From Coriobacteriales bacterium (GTDB lineage Bacteria; Actinomycetota; Coriobacteriia; Coriobacteriales; RUG844): DNA of 64,000 bases. The notes beneath the pieces are model-generated. The model saw only the letters and a list, made by a program, of their open reading frames with translations. It had not been told where the DNA came from and searched no databases. The translations under genes were made by a program, and so were the position numbers. This document shows, one piece after another, positions 37,447 through 47,162 of this stretch (position 1 is the first letter of the stretch; the number at the start of each line of letters is the position of its first letter). The stretch covers positions 8,035 through 72,034 of the forward strand of contig JAFRFV010000187.1 in assembly GCA_017434185.1 (NCBI GenBank), read 5' to 3'.

Positions 37447-38072
37447 AACGCATCCTGCGCATAGGGATCATGGGTGGCACCTTCGATCCCATCCATCGGG
37501 GTCATGTCGGGGTTGCGAAGCAGGTGAAGGAGCGTTTCCAACTCGACCAAGTGCTCTTCATCCCCACGGGTGACCCCCATTTCAAGCAGGGGATGACCAG
37601 CGCTTCTCCCCAGGATCGTCTGGTGATGACCCAGCTCGCCATCCGGGATATCGACGGCTTCATCGCAAGCGATATGGAGGTATGCCGTGAGGGCGTCACC
37701 TACAGTGTCGATACGCTCGAGGAACTATCCCGCCTGCATCCCAACGATTCGTTCTTCTTCATCCTTGCCAGCGATGCGGCCACGCAACTCCATCGCTGGT
37801 ATCGGGTGGAACGTCTCGCCCAGCTCTGCGATTTCATCGTGGTCTCGCGTCCTGGGTATCCGTTCGACGAAGCGCTCATCCATAACCTTGGCCTCGTGCC
37901 GGGACTGCGTTACGTGCTCCTGGATGGCTTGAGCTACGACGTGTCCTCAACGGGCCTGCGGGAGGCGCTCGCAGCGGGAGAAAGCGTGGAGGATTGGCTC
38001 GACCCCGCTGTCGCGGAGTATATTCGCTCCCATGGACTGTATGTTGGTCATGAGAGCGATGGGAGGTCCTGA
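37443..38072 (+). CDS. nadD: Nicotinate-nucleotide adenylyltransferase
   Basis: Contains GIMGGTFDPIHRGH and VSSTGLR. Confidence 0.9.
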   Translation: MKRILRIGIMGGTFDPIHRGHVGVAKQVKERFQLDQVLFIPTGDPHFKQGMTSASPQDRLVMTQLAIRDIDGFIASDMEVCREGVTYSVDTLEELSRLHPNDSFFFILASDAATQLHRWYRVERLAQLCDFIVVSRPGYPFDEALIHNLGLVPGLRYVLLDGLSYDVSSTGLREALAAGESVEDWLDPAVAEYIRSHGLYVGHESDGRS

Positions 38073-38076
38073 TTCC

Positions 38077-38706
38077 ATGAGCCAAGCTTCCAAGGAACTC
38101 ATCCCCTGGGCGGAGCAGGCGATCCGCGAGCGCCTGAAGGGTGGCCGATTGGCGCATTCCTTCAGTGTCGCGGAAACCGCCGTCTCGCTCGCTTCGATCT
38201 ACGGCGAGGACCAGGATGACGCCCGCTTGGCTGGACTCCTGCATGATTGGGACAAGCAGCTCGGTGACGCGGAGCTGTTGGCGCGTGTTGCGGATCTTGG
38301 CCTCGAGCTCCCGCAGGAAGTGCTCGACATGCCCATACTCCTGCACGGACCCACTGCGGCGGCTGCGCTCAGGCGCGAGTTCCCGCAGATCCCCGAGCGC
38401 GTTCTGTCCGCCATCCATCTGCATACCGTCGCATCCGTTGAGATGTCGCCACTCGACATGATCATCTACGTGGCGGATAAGATTGAGCCCAAGCGGAGCT
38501 CACGTGACGCCCAGTTCATCCGTGACGAGGTGGGCCAGGTGAGCCTGCGTGAGCTCTTCATCGACGCTTACGGCTCCAGCATCATCCATCTGGTCAAACG
38601 CCATCGCTACATCTACCCCGGTGCCCTGGATGTCTGGAATCCACTGGTCACTGAATATCGCAAGTCACCGGCATACCGCGAACAGGCCCAGGGGCGCGCC
38701 AAATAG
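38077..38706 (+). CDS. yqeK: HD-domain phosphohydrolase YqeK
   Basis: HD motif LAGLLHDWDK, in the conserved position after nadD. I moved the start to the ATG at 38077. Confidence 0.8.
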   Translation: MSQASKELIPWAEQAIRERLKGGRLAHSFSVAETAVSLASIYGEDQDDARLAGLLHDWDKQLGDAELLARVADLGLELPQEVLDMPILLHGPTAAAALRREFPQIPERVLSAIHLHTVASVEMSPLDMIIYVADKIEPKRSSRDAQFIRDEVGQVSLRELFIDAYGSSIIHLVKRHRYIYPGALDVWNPLVTEYRKSPAYREQAQGRAK

Positions 38707-38755
38707 CATGTGTTAGAATGCCCATGCAGGCATGATGCCTGTTCAGGCCTTGTGA

Positions 38756-39169
38756 ATGGAGGGACTTTTGACTTCTAGGGAATACGCTCTGCTCGCCGCA
38801 TCCGCCGCCGATGCCAAGAAGGGCAGCGACATCATCATCCAGGATGTGTCCGAACTTCTGCAGATCACCGATTACTTCGTGGTGGTGACCGGGCAGAATG
38901 CCCGCCAGGTCGATTCGATCCAGGAGGCGGTGGAGGAGAAGCTCACCCAGGAAGCCGGCCTCAAGCCCATAAGCATCGAAGGATTGGATGGTCTGGATTG
39001 GGTGCTCATGGACTTCGGCTCCATCATCGTGCATGTGTTCCAGCCCGACATCCGCGATTTCTACCGTCTCGAGACCCTGTGGGGCGATGCTCCCATCGTC
39101 GACCTCTCCGAGGCGGGTATCCAGGAGCCCGTGTTCAGCCAGCGTATCCAGGAGTTCCTTGAGCGCTAA
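38756..39169 (+). CDS. rsfS: Ribosome silencing factor RsfS (iojap family)
   Basis: Contains ITDYFVVVTGQNARQV, DWVLMDFGSIIVHVF and YRLETLW. Confidence 0.9.
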   Translation: MEGLLTSREYALLAASAADAKKGSDIIIQDVSELLQITDYFVVVTGQNARQVDSIQEAVEEKLTQEAGLKPISIEGLDGLDWVLMDFGSIIVHVFQPDIRDFYRLETLWGDAPIVDLSEAGIQEPVFSQRIQEFLER

Positions 39170-40449
39170 TCGTCAGGTACGTTCTGCTTGGGTGTACCGC
39201 TGCCCTTGCCCCTGAACCGCAGGTCACGGCCATAGAGCAGGAGATCGTCCCCGAAACGCTCCCGAATCGCGTCGCTTGCCTTCGCCAAGCGACGCTTCTC
39301 TTCTCTGTCCGGTAGAGGCAGCGCTGAGATGTCATCGTCTTCGTCGAGAAGGCTCAATTGTTCGCTCCGCTCCTGGAAACCGCTGATGCCAACGCCAAGC
39401 AGCCGCACTTTGCAGCCTGGCTGCCAGAGCTCTGGGACGAGTCCCATGAGTTGCGGGATGAACTCGTCTTCCAGGTCCGTGCTCATTGGGAGCGGCTTGC
39501 GTGCCGTTCGCACGGACAGGTCGTCGTACTTGAGTTTGAGGATCACGGTCGAACCCGTCATGCCCTTGGCGCGTAGACGTCGTCCCACCTTCGCGGCGAG
39601 CATCTTGATGGCTTCGCGGATCTCCCGCTCATCCACGAGGTCCGTGCTGAAGGTCATCTCGTTGGAAACCGATTTCACCTCGTGGTCAGTGCTGATGGGG
39701 GAGTCGTCGATACCCCTGCAACGATCGAGGACCATCATGGTGTTCACGCCGAAGATGCGGTTGAGAACGCTCGGGTCGCTCTTCGCGAGCGTTCCAAGGT
39801 CCCGTATGCCCATCTCCTCCAGCTTCGCAGCCGTCTGCCCGCCGATTCCCGGTAGTTTCCGCAGCGCAAGGGGCGCGAGGAAGCCCTCCTCGCGACCGGG
39901 CCAGACGACGGTGATCCCGCGGGGCTTGTCCATGTCGCTCGCTATCTTCGCGACCGTCTTGGATGTCGCAAGGCCGATGGAGCAGGTGATACCCAGCGCG
40001 GCGACGCGCTTCTGTATGCGGTTGGCGATGAGCAGGGGATGCTCGTTGTTGTAGCGTCCCGGACTCACGTCAAGGAACGCCTCGTCGATGGAGACCTGCT
40101 GCAGCAGGGGTGATTCGTCGCGGAGGATGTCCATGACGGCAGCGCTCATCTCGCGGTACCGGTCGAAGTGTCCGTGGGTCCAGATGGCTTGGGGGCAGAG
40201 TCTCCTGGCGGTCATGCTGGGCATGGCGCTGCGAACGCCGAAGGCACGGGCCTCGTATGAACAGGTGGAGACCACGCCGCGCTTATCCGCATCACCACCC
40301 ACGATCACCGGCTTACCCCGCCATTCGGGGTGATCGAGTTGCTCGACGCTGGCGAAGAAGGCATCCAGATCCACCAGGAGGATGGCGCGACCGGTCCAAG
40401 GTGCCAGTCCATCACCCAGCGTTCCATCGTATGTCCATACTTCCTCCAT
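39166..40449 (-). CDS. dinB: DNA polymerase IV (Y-family)
   Basis: Contains ILLVDLDAFFASVEQ, SIDEAFLDV and GIGGQTAAKL. Confidence 0.95.
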   Translation of the reverse strand: MEEVWTYDGTLGDGLAPWTGRAILLVDLDAFFASVEQLDHPEWRGKPVIVGGDADKRGVVSTCSYEARAFGVRSAMPSMTARRLCPQAIWTHGHFDRYREMSAAVMDILRDESPLLQQVSIDEAFLDVSPGRYNNEHPLLIANRIQKRVAALGITCSIGLATSKTVAKIASDMDKPRGITVVWPGREEGFLAPLALRKLPGIGGQTAAKLEEMGIRDLGTLAKSDPSVLNRIFGVNTMMVLDRCRGIDDSPISTDHEVKSVSNEMTFSTDLVDEREIREAIKMLAAKVGRRLRAKGMTGSTVILKLKYDDLSVRTARKPLPMSTDLEDEFIPQLMGLVPELWQPGCKVRLLGVGISGFQERSEQLSLLDEDDDISALPLPDREEKRRLAKASDAIRERFGDDLLLYGRDLRFRGKGSGTPKQNVPDD

Positions 40450-40598
40450 GCGGCAACTATAACACAGGCCTTATGAGCACGAAGGCCCCACATGCCTTAA
40501 GATTCGTCGTCATGAGGATGACGGAAGATTCCCGTCGCTGCGTTGGAGGAGGAGTGGCAGCGTATCCTTTGCGCAAGCACTGCTCAAGAGGGTTTCCG

Positions 40599-41318
40599 AT
40601 GTCGTTGAAAGGGATGAACATGGCTTCCATATTGGAGTGCAGGAACCTGAGCAAGACCTACGGTCCCGTTGTGGCCATCGATCAGATGGACCTGGTGATG
40701 GGAGAGGACCGTATCGTGGGCCGTCTGGGCCCCAACGGCAGTGGCAAGACCACGCTCATGAAGCTGGCTGCCGGCTTGCTGCAACCCACGTCCGGCGAGA
40801 TCCTGGTCGCGGGACAGAAGGTGGGCCCCGCGACCAAGGCGCTGGTCTCGTATCTTCCGGATCAGACCTATCTGCCCGCGTCGATGAACAGCCTCAAGGC
40901 CATCGAGATGTTCAAGGACTTCTATTCGGACTTCGATGCGGCCAAGGCGATGGAGATGATCAAGCGTCTGGGCATCGACCCCAACATGCGTTTCAAAGCG
41001 CTCTCGAAAGGCAACAAGGAGAAGATCCAGCTCATATTGGTCATGTCGCGCAATGCCAGGCTCTTCGTGCTCGACGAGCCCATCGGCGGTGTCGACCCGG
41101 CGACGCGCGACTTCATCCTGCAGACCATCGTGAGCAACCATCAAGCGGGTTCGAGTGTGCTCATCTCCACCCACTTGGTGGCGGACGTCGAGCCCATCCT
41201 GGATGACGTCGTCATGATCAACAGTGGGCGCGTCGTCTACGCCGGCGGCGCGGAGGAGATGAGGCGACAGCGTGGAAAGACGCTCGATGCCGCGTTCAGA
41301 GAGGAGTTCCGATGCTAG
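40599..41318 (+). CDS. ABC transporter ATP-binding protein
   Basis: Walker A GPNGSGKTT, signature-like LSKGNKEKI and Walker B LFVLDEP. The start is ambiguous (ATG at 40599, 40614 or 40620). Confidence 0.85.
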   Translation: MSLKGMNMASILECRNLSKTYGPVVAIDQMDLVMGEDRIVGRLGPNGSGKTTLMKLAAGLLQPTSGEILVAGQKVGPATKALVSYLPDQTYLPASMNSLKAIEMFKDFYSDFDAAKAMEMIKRLGIDPNMRFKALSKGNKEKIQLILVMSRNARLFVLDEPIGGVDPATRDFILQTIVSNHQAGSSVLISTHLVADVEPILDDVVMINSGRVVYAGGAEEMRRQRGKTLDAAFREEFRC

Positions 41319-42172
41319 GCAAACTCCTCAAGTACGAATTCAAATCCACGGGACTCTTCTTCCTCATCGCCTATGCGGTCACCTTCATGACCGCGGTGGC
41401 CGTACGGATCTCATATGTGATCCTCTCTCGTTTCCCCAACACCTATTCGACCGAGATCCCGCTCTTCGGTCTGGGCGGATACTACACGAACTCGGAAGGT
41501 CAGGAGGTCGTGCTCACGCTCGCACAGGCGTTCAACTACGCCACGAGCCAGGCCTTCATATCGCTGATCGGCATCCTTCCCACCGTTCTGCTCGTGATCC
41601 TGCTCTATCGCTTCTATCGCAGCATGTATTCGACCGAGGGCAATCTCACCCACACCCTGCCCGTGGGTTCATCGACCATCCTCGCTTCCAAAGCCATCGC
41701 CGCCATCATCTGGATGTTCGCGACCGCGTTCGTCGTAGTCGTCTCGTTGGCGGTCGTATTCTGGGGTGTCGTGAGCTTCGATGATCTGAGCAGGTTCTTC
41801 CGCGAGCTCGTGGATGTCTACTTCGACATGGACGCAGCGGGAAGGGCGTGCCTTTGGGCCTTGATGGTGGGTGCCTTCTTCGCTCCGTTCTTCCGCCTCT
41901 TCCTGTGCTATGCCAGCTTCGCCCTGGGACAGCTCTTCAACAAGCATCGCGTGCTCGCCGCTATCCTCATCTACGCTGGAATCTACATGCTGGGCAGCTT
42001 CCTGCTCATACTGGGTGGCAGTTTCTGCATCGCCTGGCTTGCGACCGTCGCCAGCGATGAATGGATGCTGGTGGGTATCGTCTGGGCGATCGTCGCACTG
42101 GAGGTCATCTGCACCGTCGGTTTCTATGTGGTAACGGATCGCATCACCAACAAGCGTCTCACTCTGGAGTGA
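41312..42172 (+). CDS. ABC-2-type membrane permease, family unassigned
   Basis: 286 aa with about 6 hydrophobic helices. It overlaps the ATPase gene by 7 nt. Confidence 0.65.
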   Translation: MLGKLLKYEFKSTGLFFLIAYAVTFMTAVAVRISYVILSRFPNTYSTEIPLFGLGGYYTNSEGQEVVLTLAQAFNYATSQAFISLIGILPTVLLVILLYRFYRSMYSTEGNLTHTLPVGSSTILASKAIAAIIWMFATAFVVVVSLAVVFWGVVSFDDLSRFFRELVDVYFDMDAAGRACLWALMVGAFFAPFFRLFLCYASFALGQLFNKHRVLAAILIYAGIYMLGSFLLILGGSFCIAWLATVASDEWMLVGIVWAIVALEVICTVGFYVVTDRITNKRLTLE

Positions 42173-42202
42173 TCGCAGAGCGCTTGGTAGACAGGACTTC
42201 GA

Positions 42203-42242
42203 ACGGTCGGATAAGATACTCTCTTATCCGGCCGTTAGTTTT
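42203..42242 (+). terminator. Rho-independent terminator after the ABC operon
   Basis: Stem ACGGTCGGATAAGA-tactc-TCTTATCCGGCCGT, followed by TAGTTTT. Confidence 0.7.
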
Positions 42243-42253
42243 CGAGAGGATGA

Positions 42254-43477
42254 ATGATGGGAATCTATGAGGAGTTGCAGGCGCGTGGACTCATCGCCCA
42301 GGTGACCGACGAGGAGGAGATAAGGGAGCTCATCAACAAGGGTGGAGCCCGCTTCTACATCGGCTTCGACCCTACGGCGGACTCCCTGCATGTCGGGCAC
42401 TTCATGGCCCTGTGCCTTATGAAGCGCTTGCAACTGGCGGGCAACAAGCCCATCGTGTTGTTGGGCGGCGGCACCGGCATGATCGGTGATCCCTCCGGCC
42501 GCACCGACATGCGCGCCATGATGACGCCCGAGACGATCGAACACAACTGCGACTGCTTCCTTGAGCAGATCGGCAGGTTCATCGAGTTCGGCCCTGACAA
42601 GGCCATCGTCGTGAACAACGCGGATTGGCTGCTCGACCTCAGGTATGTGGACATGCTGCGTGAGGTGGGCACCTACTTCAGCGTGAACAACATGCTGCGC
42701 GCTGAATGCTACAAGCAGCGCATGGAGCGCGGCCTGTCGTTCTTCGAGTTCAACTACATGATCATGCAGTCCTATGACTTCTACTACCTGCATCAGAACT
42801 ACGGCTGCAACATGCAGTTCGGCGGCGATGACCAGTGGAGCAACATGCTGGGCGGCACGGATCTGATCCGCAAGAAGACCGGTGATGACGCCTACGCCAT
42901 GACCATCACCCTGCTGCTCAACAGCGAGGGCAAGAAGATGGGCAAGACCGCCAAGGGCGCCGTTTGGCTGGACCCCAAGAAGACGAGCCCCTTCGAGTTC
43001 TACCAGTACTGGCGAAACGTGGATGATGCCGACGTGATCAAGTGCATGAAGATGCTCACCTTCATCCCGCTCGACGAGATCACCGCGATGGAAGCCTGGG
43101 ATGATTCCCGCATCAACGAGAAGAAGGAGATCCTTGCCTTCAGTCTCACGAGCCTCGTGCATGGCGAGGAGGAGGCCAGGAAGGCCCAGGATACCGCCCA
43201 TGCGCTCTTTGGTGGCGCTGGTGACGACGAGAACATGCCCACCACCGTGGTGGGGGAGGCGGACCTTGTGGACGGCAGCATAGGCATCATCGAGATGCTC
43301 GTGCTCTCCGGTCTCGCCAAGAGCAAGGGTGATGCCCGCAAACTCATCGCCGGTGGCGGCGTGAGTGTGGATGGCGTCAAGGTTGACGACATCATGCAGC
43401 GCGTGGGCAGGGAACAGCTTGCTTCCGCTGTCATCCTGCGAAAGGGGAAGAAGGTTTATCGCAAGTTCACGCTCTAG
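42254..43477 (+). CDS. tyrS: Tyrosyl-tRNA synthetase
   Basis: HIGH-type motif LHVGH, KMSKS-type motif KMGKT, and a C-terminal S4 domain. Confidence 0.95.
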   Translation: MMGIYEELQARGLIAQVTDEEEIRELINKGGARFYIGFDPTADSLHVGHFMALCLMKRLQLAGNKPIVLLGGGTGMIGDPSGRTDMRAMMTPETIEHNCDCFLEQIGRFIEFGPDKAIVVNNADWLLDLRYVDMLREVGTYFSVNNMLRAECYKQRMERGLSFFEFNYMIMQSYDFYYLHQNYGCNMQFGGDDQWSNMLGGTDLIRKKTGDDAYAMTITLLLNSEGKKMGKTAKGAVWLDPKKTSPFEFYQYWRNVDDADVIKCMKMLTFIPLDEITAMEAWDDSRINEKKEILAFSLTSLVHGEEEARKAQDTAHALFGGAGDDENMPTTVVGEADLVDGSIGIIEMLVLSGLAKSKGDARKLIAGGGVSVDGVKVDDIMQRVGREQLASAVILRKGKKVYRKFTL

Positions 43478-43527
43478 GAAGCGTGCTATACTTGTCGTAA
43501 CGCCGCCATCGAGAAGAGGAGAGAGAA

Positions 43528-43917
43528 ATGGCAGATCCCATCTACACCCCCGTCGACCCCAACCAGCAGTACCAGGCGCCGCAGCCCCAGCAGTACCAGG
43601 CTCCGCAGGCCCAGTACCAGGCTCCGCAGCAGTACTATCAGCCCCAACAGGTCCAGAGCGTGAACAAGAAGCCGCTCATCGCCATGATCCTCGGTATCAT
43701 CTCTCTCATCGCGTGGTTCATCCCCATCTTCGGCTATGCCACCTCCATCCCCGCGATCATCCTGGGCGTCCAGGGTCGCCAGGATCCGGCTGGCAAGGGC
43801 AAGGCAACCGCCGGCATGGTCATGGGCATCATCGGCCTCGTCCTCTCGCTGATCAACTCCGTCCTGGGTGTTATCCTGGCCCTCCAGAACGGCACTCTCG
43901 GTATCGTCCTGTTCTAA
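43528..43917 (+). CDS. Small membrane protein (DUF4190-like) with a Gln/Pro-rich N-terminus
   Basis: YQAPQ-type repeats (PQPQQYQAPQAQYQAPQQYYQPQQ) followed by two or three TM helices. Confidence 0.65.
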   Translation: MADPIYTPVDPNQQYQAPQPQQYQAPQAQYQAPQQYYQPQQVQSVNKKPLIAMILGIISLIAWFIPIFGYATSIPAIILGVQGRQDPAGKGKATAGMVMGIIGLVLSLINSVLGVILALQNGTLGIVLF

Positions 43918-43936
43918 GCGCTTATCCGCTTCAGAT

Positions 43937-43980
43937 GATTCCCCGGCCTGCGTAAAGGACACGTGGGCCGGGGAATCTTT
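43937..43980 (+). terminator. Hairpin terminator after the small membrane protein gene
   Basis: Perfect 12-bp stem (GATTCCCCGGCC pairs with GGCCGGGGAATC), a 17-nt loop, then TTT. Confidence 0.55.
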
Positions 43981-44007
43981 GCATCCGCGCTCCCGCTGCG
44001 TTATCAT
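43979..44007 (+). promoter_or_regulatory. Candidate promoter of the ileS leader
   Basis: TTGCAT-N17-TATCAT. Confidence 0.5.
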
Positions 44008-44013
44008 CGCCTG

Positions 44014-44296
44014 CAACGGCATTGAAGAGGACGAGTAGCTTCGTGCAACGCCAGAGCAGCGAGCGGGGGATGGTGCGAGCCCTGTTGGTGGAGCGGAGTG
44101 AATATCACCTCGGAGCTTCGGGCTGAACGCGCGATGTTGGCGCAATTAAGCTTCGACGGGCGCTCCCGTTACAGGGCGACCGAGTGGTGCGGCGGGGGAG
44201 ACCCATGCTGCACAAGCTGGGTGGTACCGCGGAGACACGCTCACACAAGGCGCTTCTTCGTCCCGGCACAGGGGCGGAAGCGTCTTTTCTTTTCCC
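44014..44296 (+). promoter_or_regulatory. T-box riboswitch leader, Ile (AUC) specifier, with an intrinsic terminator
   Basis: Stem I motifs are AGAGC and GGTGCGA. The specifier-loop GAAT-ATC-A places the codon at 44104..44106. The T-box sequence AAGCTGGGTGGTACCGCGG lies at 44214..44232. A terminator hairpin at 44251..44285 is followed by TCTTTTCTTTT. The element lies directly upstream of ileS. Confidence 0.85.
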
Positions 44297-44339
44297 CTGA
44301 ACGGCACCGCGGGATTGTTGGAAGAAGAAGGAGAACAAG

Positions 44340-47156
44340 GTGGCCAACGACTACAAGAGCAGTATGAACCTGCCCAAGACGGACTTCCCCATGAGGGCCG
44401 GCTTGCCCAAGAGCGAGCCCATTCGCCTGAAGAAATGGGAGGAGACCAACATCTACGAACGTGTTCTGGAGAAGAACAAGGATGGCGAGCATTACGTCCT
44501 GCACGATGGCCCGCCCTATGCCAACGGCCCCATCCACATCGGCCACGCCTTCAACAAGATTCTCAAGGACATCGTGGTCAAGTACAAGTCACAGCAGGGT
44601 TTCTATGCGCCCTACACCCCCGGTTGGGACTGCCACGGTCAGCCCATCGAGCACATGGTCGAGGAGAAGCTGGGTCCCGTCAAGATGAAGCAGATCGACC
44701 GCCCCACGCTCCGTCGTCTCTGCCGTGATTGGGCCATGAAGCACGTCGACCTCCAGCGTGAGGGCTTCAAGCGCCTGGGTGTGCGCGGTGACTGGGACAA
44801 CCCCTACCTCACGCTCACCCACGACTACGAGGTGGGCAACGTCGAGATCTTCAAGAAGATGTACGAGGATGGCGCCGTCTATCGTGGCCGCAAGCCCGTG
44901 CATTGGTGCAAGCACTGCCACACCGCCCTGGCCGAGGCGGAGATCGAATACGGCGATGAGGTCAGCCCCTCCATCTACGTCAAGTTCCGCATGCTGCAGG
45001 TGCCCGAGGCCTTCGATGCCATCAAGGACGCAGCCGATCTCGTGATCTGGACCACCACGCCCTGGACCCTGCCTGCCAACACCGCCGTGTCGTTGGCTCC
45101 CGACGCCGGCTATGTCGCGGTCCTGAAGGACGGACAGGCGCTCATCATGGCCGAGGCGCTCGTTCCCGCCGTCGGGGAGGTTTGTGGCTGGCAGGATGAG
45201 CCCGTCTTCCTGATGGGAGACGATGGCGAGCCCGTTCGCGTGAAGGGTGTCGACTTCGCCGGCATGCTCTACGTACACCCCATTCTCGAAGGCGAGACCG
45301 GTGTCATGATCTACGGTGACCACGTCGACCTGTCCACCGGTACCGGCGCGGTCCACACCGCCCCCGGCCATGGTGCTGATGACTATCTGGTTGGCCTCAA
45401 GTTCGATGTGCGTATGCGCATGCCCGTCGACGACAACGGCGTCCTCACCAAGGAAGCCGGTCGCTTCGCCGGCATCAGCGTCGACGAAGCCAACAAGGTC
45501 ATCCCCGTCTGGCTGGCCGAGCAGGGCACGCTGCTGGCTTCCCTCAAGATCAGCCACAGCTACCCGCACTGCTGGCGCTGCCATGAGCCGGTCATCTTCC
45601 GCGCCACCGACCAGTGGTTCGTCTCGATGGACAAGACCGGTCTGCGTCAGGCCGCCCTCGATCAGATCGACGCCGTCAAGTGGGTTCCCGCCTGGGCTTC
45701 CAACCGCATCGGCGCCATGGTCGCTGATCGTCCCGACTGGTGCATCTCCCGCCAGCGTTCCTGGGGTGTTCCCATCCCGGTGTTCAAGTGCGGCGATTGC
45801 AGCGAGACCATCGCCACTCCCGCCACCTTCGATGCGGTCATCGACCTGTTCGCTCGCGAGGGCGCCGATGCCTGGTACACCCATGCGCCGGCGGACTATC
45901 TGCCCGCCGATACCTGCTGCCCGCGTTGCGGCAGCAAGAACATCCTGCCCGAAAAGGACATCCTGGATGTCTGGTGGGAGTCCGGCGTGAGCCATACGAG
46001 CGTATGCGATAAGAACCCCCGCCTGCATCGTCCCGCCGATCTGTATCTGGAGGGTTCCGACCAGCACCGCGGTTGGTTCCAGAGCGCGCTGCTCACCAGT
46101 GTGGGCGCCTACGGCATCGCTCCCTACAAGGCCGTCATGAGCTGCGGCTTCATCGTCGACGAGCAGAAGCGCAAGATGAGCAAGTCCCTTGGCAACGGTG
46201 TCGATCCGGCGGACGTCATCGCCAAGAGCGGCGCCGATGTCCTGCGTCTGTGGGTTGGCTCCGTCGACTATTCGCAGGATGTCTCCATCAGCGACCAGAT
46301 CGTGCAACGCTCGAGTGACGCCTATCGCAACATCCGCAACACCTTCCGCTTCCTGCTGGGCAACCTGTATGACTTCGATGATCAGGTGGACGCCGTCAGC
46401 TACGATGAGATGCTCGAGGTGGACAGGTGGGCCATGGCCCGTATCATGGACCTGACCGCTACGGTGACGGATTGCTACGAGAACCTGAGCTTCCACACCG
46501 CCTATCGCGCCATCAGCGACTACACCAGCGAGCTCTCCAGCGTCTACATGGACATGCTCAAGGACCGTCTGTACTCCGCTGCCGCGAAGAGCGTCGAGCG
46601 CCGCAGCGCCCAGACCGCCCTCATGAACATCCTCGAGGCGCTGGTTCGTCTGTGGGCTCCCATCCTCACCTTCACCTGCGACGAGGTCTGGGACTACTAT
46701 CCCGAGCCCGTCAAGGCGCATCGTGATCCCGCCATCGACAGCGTGCAACTTGCTGGTTGGCCCCATCAGGAGGACTTCGTACCGCAGATCCCCGCCGACG
46801 AGCGAAAGATGCTGCTCGCCAGCTACGAACAGCTCTTCAAGATCCGTGACGTGGTCTGCAAGGCCCTCGAGGAGGCCCGTGCCGCCAAGGTGATCAACAA
46901 GAGCCAGGAAGCCATCGTGCACGTGAACGTTCCCGCGAGCATGATGGGGGCCATCACCCCCATGACCGATCTGGCGGAGCTCTTCATCGTCAGCAAGGTC
47001 GAACTCGCCACCCGTCTGGACGGTGATGAGACCGTCTTCGCCGATGTGGAGGTCGCACAGGGTGATAAGTGCCCGCGTTGCTGGAACATCCGTGAGTTGG
47101 GTGCTGATGGTCTGTGCGAGCGCTGCGCCGCCGTCATGAAGGGTCTGGAGGCTTAA
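44340..47156 (+). CDS. ileS: Isoleucyl-tRNA synthetase
   Basis: Contains PYANGPIHIGHAFN, KMSKSLGN and C-terminal Zn-finger Cys pairs. The GTG start follows GAAGGAGAA. Confidence 0.95.
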   Translation: MANDYKSSMNLPKTDFPMRAGLPKSEPIRLKKWEETNIYERVLEKNKDGEHYVLHDGPPYANGPIHIGHAFNKILKDIVVKYKSQQGFYAPYTPGWDCHGQPIEHMVEEKLGPVKMKQIDRPTLRRLCRDWAMKHVDLQREGFKRLGVRGDWDNPYLTLTHDYEVGNVEIFKKMYEDGAVYRGRKPVHWCKHCHTALAEAEIEYGDEVSPSIYVKFRMLQVPEAFDAIKDAADLVIWTTTPWTLPANTAVSLAPDAGYVAVLKDGQALIMAEALVPAVGEVCGWQDEPVFLMGDDGEPVRVKGVDFAGMLYVHPILEGETGVMIYGDHVDLSTGTGAVHTAPGHGADDYLVGLKFDVRMRMPVDDNGVLTKEAGRFAGISVDEANKVIPVWLAEQGTLLASLKISHSYPHCWRCHEPVIFRATDQWFVSMDKTGLRQAALDQIDAVKWVPAWASNRIGAMVADRPDWCISRQRSWGVPIPVFKCGDCSETIATPATFDAVIDLFAREGADAWYTHAPADYLPADTCCPRCGSKNILPEKDILDVWWESGVSHTSVCDKNPRLHRPADLYLEGSDQHRGWFQSALLTSVGAYGIAPYKAVMSCGFIVDEQKRKMSKSLGNGVDPADVIAKSGADVLRLWVGSVDYSQDVSISDQIVQRSSDAYRNIRNTFRFLLGNLYDFDDQVDAVSYDEMLEVDRWAMARIMDLTATVTDCYENLSFHTAYRAISDYTSELSSVYMDMLKDRLYSAAAKSVERRSAQTALMNILEALVRLWAPILTFTCDEVWDYYPEPVKAHRDPAIDSVQLAGWPHQEDFVPQIPADERKMLLASYEQLFKIRDVVCKALEEARAAKVINKSQEAIVHVNVPASMMGAITPMTDLAELFIVSKVELATRLDGDETVFADVEVAQGDKCPRCWNIRELGADGLCERCAAVMKGLEA

Positions 47157-47162
47157 GGGTCC

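Noticed and set aside
39166-39169. Convergent rsfS and dinB genes whose stop codons overlap (TAA on the plus strand, TAG on the minus strand), with no terminator between them.
   Set aside because: It is real in the sequence, but it is an ordinary consequence of tight packing and gives no evidence of a functional element.
42173-42253. Possible T-box leader upstream of tyrS.
   Set aside because: The gap is only about 80 nt and is occupied by the terminator hairpin of the upstream ABC operon. There is no specifier loop or UGGUACCGCG-type T-box sequence.
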